Shown: piece by piece, positions 54,320 through 61,535 of the stretch | Position numbering within the stretch: the first letter of the stretch is position 1 | Layout of the letters: each line of letters opens with the position of its first letter | Sequence record: MT133560.1 | Reading direction: 5' to 3' (one strand) | DNA length: 64,000 bases | Position numbers and translations under genes: made by a program | The notes under the pieces: generated by a model | The model's input: the letters and a program-made list of their open reading frames with translations, nothing else | The model's database searches: none | Told to the model about the DNA's origin: nothing

Positions 54320-55327
54320 TTAATCGAGAACTAATGGGGCTACTTTAACTTGATATATACCAGTTAATAATTGGCTTTTCAACATATATGCTCCACCACC
54401 AACCGCCATTTTAGATCCACCTACAATGATCATGCTATTATCCGGACCTTTAGCTATAGATGAAATATTAAGGAATCCGATACCTAGTTCAAATGGTTCA
54501 GCCCATTTCCGGCGCCTAATATTAAAACGTTGTGCAAACATTTTAGTTACACCGCCGACATCAACAGCGTTAAGGTAATTAAAATAGTCCCCATCTACAT
54601 AACCATTACCTTGCCAGATTGTTCCTTTATCAGCAGGTATAATCATCCAAGGTGTTTGCTCCCATATTAAGGTAGTTGCATTATATCGATAAACTTCAAG
54701 ATTAGGTATGTTCTTTGTATTATCCCAACCACCAAAATGGTAAAAGTAACCATTATAAAAGAATAACTGTTGACCTGAACGAGCACCACCTGAATAGTCT
54801 TGCCCGCTAAGCCAAGACTTACTTGATGGTTTTAATCGCATTGCGTTTACGCCAATTGGGTTAACGCATAGAATAAGATCATTACCATCTGATGCGGAGG
54901 CTGTGCCCCAAAGTGGTACGGGACCACTATATCGCTCAACCCTATTGCCTGTAGCTATATCAAAATGTTGTATAAAGTTAGATGTTCCCGTACCACCATT
55001 ACCAGCCGAGTTCCATCCAGTAATACCGCCATAAACAATAAAGTTATTCTTATGTAATGTCCCAAATCCTAAAGATACCCCTGGTAAGAATGTTCCAGAA
55101 GCAGTTGCACCTATATCGGCAAATGGCGATATGGTAAAACGTCTGAACACAGTTGCAGCTGTTTGTCCTTCAGTATGATGACCAGATCCAACATACAGTG
55201 TATTTCCATCCACATATGACATTGTACCAGCTAACGCTACAGGTAGATCACCTAATTTAATAATTTCATTAAATCCAACCAAGGGTAACTCTTCGCCTAT
55301 ATCTGGCGATAATAGTAATTCAAACAT
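54320..55327 (-). CDS. Kelch-repeat beta-propeller protein, probably virion/tail associated
   Basis: Repeated LYVGSG, FIVYGG, FYHFGGWD, IIVGG with downstream Y/W (VYRYN...WE). Confidence 0.8.
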   Translation of the reverse strand: MFELLLSPDIGEELPLVGFNEIIKLGDLPVALAGTMSYVDGNTLYVGSGHHTEGQTAATVFRRFTISPFADIGATASGTFLPGVSLGFGTLHKNNFIVYGGITGWNSAGNGGTGTSNFIQHFDIATGNRVERYSGPVPLWGTASASDGNDLILCVNPIGVNAMRLKPSSKSWLSGQDYSGGARSGQQLFFYNGYFYHFGGWDNTKNIPNLEVYRYNATTLIWEQTPWMIIPADKGTIWQGNGYVDGDYFNYLNAVDVGGVTKMFAQRFNIRRRKWAEPFELGIGFLNISSIAKGPDNSMIIVGGSKMAVGGGAYMLKSQLLTGIYQVKVAPLVLD

Positions 55328-55381
55328 GAGTGTGCTCTCAAGTAAATCATTTTAATTCATAAGATAACCCATGGCAACATA

Positions 55382-55405
55382 AAAGAGTAGCCGAAGCTAC
55401 TCTTT
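55382..55405 (-). terminator. intrinsic terminator after tRNA-Asn
   Basis: AAAGAGTAGC-TTCG-GCTACTCTTT (minus strand). Confidence 0.85.
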
Positions 55406-55411
55406 AGAATA

Positions 55412-55487
<76 letters not shown>

Positions 55488-55493
55488 ATTAAA

Positions 55494-55570
55494 TGGCGCG
55501 CCCAAGGGGACTCGAACCCCTGACCACCCGCGTGACAGGCGGGTATTCTAACCAACTGAACTATGAGCGC
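55494..55570 (-). tRNA. tRNA-Asp(GTC)
   Basis: 77-nt cloverleaf GCGCTCATAGTTCAG...CTGTCAC...GCCA. Confidence 0.97.
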
Positions 55571-55590
55571 AAACGTATGGACATGACTTC

Positions 55591-55597
55591 CTACATA
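55591..55597 (-). promoter_or_regulatory. late-type promoter TATGTAG for tRNA-Asp/Asn
   Basis: G of TATG lies 24 nt before the tRNA-Asp 5' end. Confidence 0.7.
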
Positions 55598-55622
55598 GTA
55601 TTACATAACCAGTAATATTTTA

Positions 55623-55970
55623 TTACGGGCGATCAGTCCAGTGCTTGAAATAGTTACCATCCTTGGGACGATCGTACTTAGCAAGAATATTTTTAAGTTC
55701 TTCGCCGGACAACTTAATACTATCGCCTACTGGGCTATCCAGTTCAGGGCAAGGTTCAGTTTTACGTGTAATGATTAAATTATCAGTCCCATCTTTGAAG
55801 ATAAAGATAAACTGCGTTTCATTAGCACTAATCTTTTTCTTAACGCAATGCTTTACTTCTGGATGTTTCTTGTGGATCGTTACAAAAGATTCAACAAGAG
55901 TTAGCTTTATAAACTCAGGGCTAATAAATGTGAAATATACAGCGCTCTGCGTTGGGGTTAGATGATCCAT
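55623..55970 (-). CDS. hypothetical protein
   Basis: GGAG RBS; co-oriented. Confidence 0.8.
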   Translation of the reverse strand: MDHLTPTQSAVYFTFISPEFIKLTLVESFVTIHKKHPEVKHCVKKKISANETQFIFIFKDGTDNLIITRKTEPCPELDSPVGDSIKLSGEELKNILAKYDRPKDGNYFKHWTDRP

Positions 55971-55972
55971 AT

Positions 55973-56278
55973 TTACTCCGTATGTTTGAGATAGGCTTTA
56001 ACTGCTTTAAGACCTTTATTAAAGAACATAGCTTCAACATAAGTAATGTTACTTACATCCTCGCCGATAAGTTCCCATTTGATGCAACGTGTAACAGCGT
56101 TGATTGTAATATCTAATCCGTTTGGGAATAGGGTTACTTCATCGGTCAGGTGAATCCAATCGGGAGCCTTCGCTCCATTACGTAAACGGGGACTAAAAGT
56201 AAGATTATAAAGTGTTTGTAATGGTTGTCTCAATAGTTCTTTTTGTTCTTGATGTTCCATGTATTTTCCTAGAGACAT
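55973..56278 (-). CDS. hypothetical protein (start may be 56260)
   Basis: Co-oriented ORF. Confidence 0.75.
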   Translation of the reverse strand: MSLGKYMEHQEQKELLRQPLQTLYNLTFSPRLRNGAKAPDWIHLTDEVTLFPNGLDITINAVTRCIKWELIGEDVSNITYVEAMFFNKGLKAVKAYLKHTE

Positions 56279-56526
56279 TTAAAAATATAAATAGAATGGT
56301 TATCTCTTTCGGTTATCTTTAGAGTATTCTCATTTCGAATAACTTCAAGAGACTTGTATTTATGTTCCAGAATATCCAGATGAGAAATACACTGTTCCCT
56401 ATTTTCAAATAGGATATTACTTTCATTAGTCGAAATGAAACCAAATAATCCAACTTTGATAGATAATACCAACATTATTACTGTATTCATGTTTTCCTCA
56501 ATGAGACAGTATAAAACCTCCCCCAA
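56269..56526 (-). CDS. small exported protein with F-x5-C...C pattern (start probably 56493)
   Basis: MNTVIMLVLSIKVGLFGF...LFENREQC...FKCL. Confidence 0.65.
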   Translation of the reverse strand: MGEVLYCLIEENMNTVIMLVLSIKVGLFGFISTNESNILFENREQCISHLDILEHKYKSLEVIRNENTLKITERDNHSIYIFKCL

Positions 56527-56534
56527 GTGGGAGG
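56517..56534 (-). terminator. hairpin after tRNA-CAT, probable terminator
   Basis: CCTCCC-CCAAGT-GGGAGG (plus-strand reading). Confidence 0.7.
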
Positions 56535-56542
56535 CTAGTATA

Positions 56543-56619
56543 TGGTGGGCCCAGCAGGACTTGAACCTGCGACCAAGCGATTATGAGTCGCCTGCTCTAA
56601 CCAACTGAGCTATAGGCCC
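56543..56619 (-). tRNA. tRNA with CAT anticodon, Ile2-type body (commonly annotated Met)
   Basis: GGGCCTATAGCTCAGTTGGTTAGAGCAGGCGACTCATAATCGCTTGGTCGCAGGTTCAAGTCCTGCTGGGCCCACCA; closely resembles E. coli ileX. Confidence 0.95.
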
Positions 56620-56626
56620 TTTTTAT

Positions 56627-56920
56627 TTATTCTGGTAAGAATGTTCCATCTTTTTGACGGACTAATACACCTGACCATTTGAATGTATTTGTATCACTAG
56701 CAGGGCACTCTCTAATTACATTGGTTCTAAATGTGCCATGTGGATAGGTTACAGTGAATGTAATATGGTTATTACAAACATGTAATACAGAAGACTTTGC
56801 TTCTGTTAGATAGTGTAAGCCTTGAGCTAATTGAATATTAGTTAATTCAGGGTCACTAAGAATAGCGTAAAGAGCTGTTCCTATAATTTGATGTTCCCAT
56901 GATATCCATTTATTATCCAT
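56627..56920 (-). CDS. hypothetical protein between tRNAs
   Basis: TAGGA RBS. Confidence 0.75.
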   Translation of the reverse strand: MDNKWISWEHQIIGTALYAILSDPELTNIQLAQGLHYLTEAKSSVLHVCNNHITFTVTYPHGTFRTNVIRECPASDTNTFKWSGVLVRQKDGTFLPE

Positions 56921-56941
56921 CCTATTTACCTATTATTAAAA

Positions 56942-57017
56942 TGGTCGGAGTGGGGAGACTCGAACTCCCGACATCCTGCTCCCAAAGCAGGCGCGCTACC
57001 AACTGCGCTACACTCCG
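56942..57017 (-). tRNA. tRNA-Pro(TGG)
   Basis: 76-nt cloverleaf CGGAGTGTAGCGCAG...CTTTGGG...ACCA. Confidence 0.97.
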
Positions 57018-57026
57018 TATTTAAAT

Positions 57027-57111
57027 TGGTGCCCGAAGTCGGATTCGAACCGACAAGACCGTAGCCGGAAGATTTTAAGTCTTCTGTGTTTACCAATTTC
57101 ACCATTCGGGC
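57027..57111 (-). tRNA. tRNA-Leu(TAA)
   Basis: 85-nt with long variable arm, GCCCGAATGGTG...ACTTAAA...ACCA. Confidence 0.97.
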
Positions 57112-57123
57112 ATTGTGCTTCAA

Positions 57124-57129
57124 TACATA
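57124..57129 (-). promoter_or_regulatory. late-type promoter TATGTA for tRNA-Leu/Pro
   Basis: G of TATG lies 15 nt before the tRNA-Leu 5' end. Confidence 0.65.
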
Positions 57130-57169
57130 ACATGTATTGCTAGGTATTTTATTACAACTTATTTTAAAT

Positions 57170-57622
57170 TCAACGTGGCCATTGTAAAGAAGTTATCTTA
57201 TTACCATTAATGTAGACATCGGTCACTTCGCACCAATCATTAATTCTGTGTTCAATAATTGGAACATCATTTCGGCCAGCCACTCCAATCATATTCCATT
57301 TAACATAAATATTCATTAGATCAATTGTTAATTTCTCTTTTATGAGTTTAGGAGAAATTAATTTAATATTATTAATGTTAAAGAAGTAATTATTAACTTC
57401 TTCTAAATATTCATTAGTATTAGTAGTACTAACTTTGCCTTCATGTTCAAGTGAGGATGGTTTATTCTGATTTACAATATTGCTCACTAGACTTCTTAAA
57501 ACGGCACTTGCCCTACCAGCTTCGCGTCTTTTATACTTATCATAGTCTTTTACATTAGCTGCAATTTTATCAAATTCTTTTTGGGCATAGATTAGCCCTG
57601 GTAAAAGTTCATTTTTGATCAT
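57170..57622 (-). CDS. hypothetical protein
   Basis: Co-oriented; TATGTA at 57666-61. Confidence 0.8.
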   Translation of the reverse strand: MIKNELLPGLIYAQKEFDKIAANVKDYDKYKRREAGRASAVLRSLVSNIVNQNKPSSLEHEGKVSTTNTNEYLEEVNNYFFNINNIKLISPKLIKEKLTIDLMNIYVKWNMIGVAGRNDVPIIEHRINDWCEVTDVYINGNKITSLQWPR

Positions 57623-57677
57623 TTTATAATTACTCTATGTTGTTTATACATATTTTAATATACATACGTAAAAACAA

Positions 57678-57820
57678 AATATAAAGCCTCCCCGAAGGGA
57701 GGCGATATATCGTCATTAATGCCCAGCAAAGAGTTTTACTCTCTGGGAGCCAGTTGGAAGGGGGACTGGCTCCGATCTATTATGACTAATGTAGAAACAA
57801 GGGGGAGGGATTATTTCTAC
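57678..57820 (-). ncRNA. candidate structured late small RNA (about 140 nt) with C/U-rich loops
   Basis: TATGTAG 57823-17; hairpin GTAGAAA/TTTCTAC; junction with GGAGCCAGT/ACTGGCTCC and CCCAG/CTGGG; terminator GCCTCCC-TTCG-GGGAGGC 57703-57686 + TTTAT. Confidence 0.65.
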
Positions 57821-57835
57821 ATAATATTAGATACA

Positions 57836-59776
57836 TTACTGGTAGTTTTCATTACCCATTGCTAACCTACCTTTTATAGACCGATCTACCCATTTTGCGG
57901 CGGCCTCCATGATATCAATGAATGAGTGGTATTGCCGCATTTTATTAACTTCCATCACATCATCATCAATCCCAGGGCCAAAGCATGCGAATAACAAATC
58001 ATTCCAATCATAGTAATCGATACCAGCTATTGGACTAGGGTTATCCAACATATCGTAGATTAGTCCTTCCAGTGGATCTGGTAAATCAGGGAACTTGAAG
58101 CTAAGAGTTATCTGACGTTCCAATGCCGATATAATTAAGTTCATGGCCTTAGCTGCTTCTTCTTCAGTAAGAGCTTTGAGTTTACTATCAGTAGATGGAT
58201 ATTTCGCGACCACGGTGCGAGGTGAATTATAGGTACCCTTACCTGTAATAGTACCGGCTGGCCATTTAACACTAGTCTTGAATCCAGCACGTGCCTTGTC
58301 TACGATAGCCTTTGCTTCTTTGTATACGTTAGCGTCTAGGTTATGTGCATTCTTAATGAGTAGATCCAATGCAGGTTTAGTCTTCTGCCTGTAAGACTCC
58401 ATTTCGCGATTAGACTTTTCTTCGAGTTTGAAGAATGGTTCTACTGCACGAATGGCATCCTCGATACTGACTTTACCATTAATACTCAGTACGTTAGCTA
58501 TACCATTACTATTGATATCGCCAGTAACGAATACCTGCTTATTAAGCCATTGTGGATTGCCAAATGTAGATTCTAGTTGTTCCAGAAATCCTCTTGCACT
58601 GGACGATGAACGCCAGATACGTTTCTGATCACCTCGATTAGAAATGCCAAGAACTTTTTTGATTGAATCGATAAGACCTTCATTTGAGACTTGTATAAAA
58701 CCGGGAGTATTAATGATGGACTTCTCTACATACCCGCCACGAATAACCCGATTTATAAAACCATTAAGACCACTACCAGTTTCGGCCATATCTTTCATGA
58801 TTTCTATATTCGTTTCACCGGCACTTTGGGCATTGTATAAATAATAAGAACCATCTTTGAATTTCAGTATAATCCAGTCATCCCCAGTTAGATATGAATC
58901 AATATTACTATCATTCATACTTTGATATTTAATGAATTCTGGATTAGTACTTAATACTTCTTCAATGAATTCTTCTAATGCCGCAGAATTATTAATAGCA
59001 TCAACCGGTAGAATTTCACCATCAATGGGTTCAGTAGTTGGACCAGTAACAATGGCAGGTAACGGATCCTCCTCTACAATAACAGTTTCTTCCACTGGTA
59101 GAGCACCGCAAGATAAATCAATTAGTTTATTAAAACTACTAATGATCTCACCAAGTGCTACAAGAACTGCTGGCTGTTCAACTTGTTCAACTTTAGCAAT
59201 ACCAGTTTCTGTAAATTCTTCAGTAATTCGGTTATAGACTTCCACTAATTGATTAGTAAGCTCTGCTACTTTTGGCAGAGTCTGCTTAGACAGAGGTTCA
59301 ACTACAGTTGTATCTGCTTCAACAAAAATAGAGTCATCTTCTTCTAAACGGCTAGTATTAGCTGAGCCAGCTGTGAAGTTATAAGGCATATCTTGAATTA
59401 CTTCATTAATTTCAGATGCCTCCATATCTTCATTTAGACGACCACTATAAGTACGCATCATACCTTCTGCTTCTTTAATAGTGGAATGCGCTAAGCGTCC
59501 CCAATCACCACGCATAATACCGCGCTCGGTAAGACCGCGTGCAGCTGAACCAAGATCAATAGGTTCTTCAATAAATGATTGTTCTTCAACCCACTCCTCA
59601 TTACTGTAACATTCTTTTAGAATGGTTTTAAATTTAGTACTAAAGGGTTGTAGAATCTTTTTATCTACTTGTTCAACATTTGTTTTAAAGTGTTCTAGAC
59701 TTGGTGTAGCTTTTGAAGATACTTTTTCAGTACCGCTATATAGCGTACGGTTTAGGAAGTTTAGCATTTTATTCAT
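57836..59776 (-). CDS. gp303-like internal head protein, probably proteolytically processed, with KTSC-like domain
   Basis: Position before glycine zipper/nrdB/nrdA; S/A/G-x-E sites (AALE, VSNE-GLIDSIKK); IDSYLTGDDWIILKFKDGSYYLY...MKDMAETGSGLNGFIN. Confidence 0.75.
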   Translation of the reverse strand: MNKMLNFLNRTLYSGTEKVSSKATPSLEHFKTNVEQVDKKILQPFSTKFKTILKECYSNEEWVEEQSFIEEPIDLGSAARGLTERGIMRGDWGRLAHSTIKEAEGMMRTYSGRLNEDMEASEINEVIQDMPYNFTAGSANTSRLEEDDSIFVEADTTVVEPLSKQTLPKVAELTNQLVEVYNRITEEFTETGIAKVEQVEQPAVLVALGEIISSFNKLIDLSCGALPVEETVIVEEDPLPAIVTGPTTEPIDGEILPVDAINNSAALEEFIEEVLSTNPEFIKYQSMNDSNIDSYLTGDDWIILKFKDGSYYLYNAQSAGETNIEIMKDMAETGSGLNGFINRVIRGGYVEKSIINTPGFIQVSNEGLIDSIKKVLGISNRGDQKRIWRSSSSARGFLEQLESTFGNPQWLNKQVFVTGDINSNGIANVLSINGKVSIEDAIRAVEPFFKLEEKSNREMESYRQKTKPALDLLIKNAHNLDANVYKEAKAIVDKARAGFKTSVKWPAGTITGKGTYNSPRTVVAKYPSTDSKLKALTEEEAAKAMNLIISALERQITLSFKFPDLPDPLEGLIYDMLDNPSPIAGIDYYDWNDLLFACFGPGIDDDVMEVNKMRQYHSFIDIMEAAAKWVDRSIKGRLAMGNENYQ

Positions 59777-59831
59777 GTCTACTCTCTCGTTGATGACTGT
59801 TAATAAGAGTGCTATAGAATTGTTAGCATAA

Positions 59832-59853
59832 ACCCTCCCAATTAAGGGAGGGT
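59832..59853 (-). terminator. terminator hairpin, identical to 61506-61527
   Basis: ACCCTCCC-AATTAA-GGGAGGGT. Confidence 0.85.
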
Positions 59854-59861
59854 CATTATGT

Positions 59862-60275
59862 CTACATTATATCTCGTGTACCATCATTCATTTCAACAAC
59901 AGTGACTTTATCACCAACCTTTGGTTTTTCATTGGTAACTGTTTGAACCATGTACTGCTTGCCATCTGTATTAACAATCAGTTTACATTGAAATGTTTCA
60001 GTAGCACTAACATTATTACCGACTGCGCCGCCTGCGGCACCACCGATTAAACCACCTACCCAACCTCCAGATTTACCAAAGATTGCTCGACCTAATACAG
60101 CGCCTGCGGTGGCTCCAACCGCACCTCCAACAGTAGTGCCGACAACACTACTATCTTTAGCAACTAGCTGACATTCTGAATGTGCAATAATACCATCTGT
60201 AGTTGATTTTACTTCAGTTGCTGCAAATAGGACAGTGGACCACATTAAAACTATGAATGCGATAATCTTAATCAT
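59862..60275 (-). CDS. glycine-zipper 2TM (SlyB/YcfJ-like) envelope protein
   Basis: Signal peptide, GTTVGGAVGATAGAVLG...GGLIGGAAGGAVGN, C-terminal VGDKVTV; ATGA overlap with nrdB. Confidence 0.85.
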   Translation of the reverse strand: MIKIIAFIVLMWSTVLFAATEVKSTTDGIIAHSECQLVAKDSSVVGTTVGGAVGATAGAVLGRAIFGKSGGWVGGLIGGAAGGAVGNNVSATETFQCKLIVNTDGKQYMVQTVTNEKPKVGDKVTVVEMNDGTRDIM

Positions 60276-61435
60276 AAGAAGTCAACCTCAAATTCTTCTT
60301 CTTCACCAACATCATTTACAACGTTGACCATGTAATCAGGCTTCTCTTCTTCCTGAGGAGATGCTTGGGTTGATGAAATATCTAGGTAGTCTTCCATATA
60401 AAGAAGTGGGTTCTTCTCTGGCCAAACAAAATCAAATCCAGCTGATTCTTTAAACTCCACTTGATACTGTTCTACAACATCATTTTCAATACTTAGGAAT
60501 GTTGCTGCGGCATTAGCATTGAAAAGTACCCAGTTAATAAGTTTAGTCGCATTAACACCAGTTAGTTCACGACCTTCAGAGAATAGATAATTAACCCAGG
60601 TAACTTCAGTCTTTACAATTTCCCATAGTAGTTCAATGATTTTATCTTTACATTGACTGTAAGCGAGTTTACCGCGTTCAGTTGCCAGTAGTGCACGAAT
60701 AACTTCTTGTCCATATTGTGCATGGATTTCGAATTCGTCTTGGGCAATTTTCTTAACAGCGGCTGCAATTTGCTGGAATGCACCAGTACGACCAATAGCA
60801 AAGGTTACTGCAAAGGATGCCATGAACTGGATACGTTCTAGGAAATATAGAGCGATGAAGAACATGAATACTTTATTGTAAAGTTCTTGATCATTGGGTA
60901 CCTGATTAAGAGCATACGCATGAACTGCGTCATGTGCTTCACCCATAGTGCGGGCTACTGCAACCATTCGTTCTTGTGCTTCTTCTACCCTAAGAATTTC
61001 GTCTAGAATAACTTTAGGATCTTTAAAGCTATTACGTACAATTTCAGAATAAGTTAAAGCATGTACGTCTTCATTATCATTAATACGTACATATCCCGCC
61101 CATACTCGTGAATCTGTCATGACAGGTGATAGAATATTAACAATGGAACGACTGGCTACAGAGTCAGCTTCCCATTGCCAGGCCAGTGTCTTAATCATCA
61201 TGTCATAAGTTGATTTATCACACGTTTCAAATTCTACTAGACAAGTGGAAAAGTCAAATTCTAGCTCATCCCAATCAAGCATCTTTAGACGCTTATATAG
61301 CTCCCACATTTTAGGATAATGAGTGTGGATTGAATCTAGTAGACCTGGATCATCTCCAAGAATAATTTCCGGTAGATGATAATCACTCTTAGCAACATTG
61401 AAGATTTTCTTTGGTAGTTGAGATTTAGTAGACAT
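60272..61435 (-). CDS. nrdB: ribonucleotide reductase class Ia beta subunit
   Basis: WEADS, NEDVHALTY (radical Tyr), LERIQFMASF, IAQDEFEIH diiron motifs. Confidence 0.95.
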   Translation of the reverse strand: MSTKSQLPKKIFNVAKSDYHLPEIILGDDPGLLDSIHTHYPKMWELYKRLKMLDWDELEFDFSTCLVEFETCDKSTYDMMIKTLAWQWEADSVASRSIVNILSPVMTDSRVWAGYVRINDNEDVHALTYSEIVRNSFKDPKVILDEILRVEEAQERMVAVARTMGEAHDAVHAYALNQVPNDQELYNKVFMFFIALYFLERIQFMASFAVTFAIGRTGAFQQIAAAVKKIAQDEFEIHAQYGQEVIRALLATERGKLAYSQCKDKIIELLWEIVKTEVTWVNYLFSEGRELTGVNATKLINWVLFNANAAATFLSIENDVVEQYQVEFKESAGFDFVWPEKNPLLYMEDYLDISSTQASPQEEEKPDYMVNVVNDVGEEEEFEVDFL

Positions 61436-61505
61436 ATCAGTTCCTTTACAATTTAAAAATATTTCTTACAATAAATAATAGAGGTTAGTATAAATTGGGA
61501 ATAAC

Positions 61506-61527
61506 ACCCTCCCAATTAAGGGAGGGT
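61506..61527 (-). terminator. terminator hairpin between nrdA and nrdB
   Basis: ACCCTCCC-AATTAA-GGGAGGGT. Confidence 0.8.
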
Positions 61528-61535
61528 GTATACAC

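Noticed and set aside
56926-57123. 65-aa ORF on minus strand
   Set aside because: It is a read-through of tRNA-Leu and tRNA-Pro
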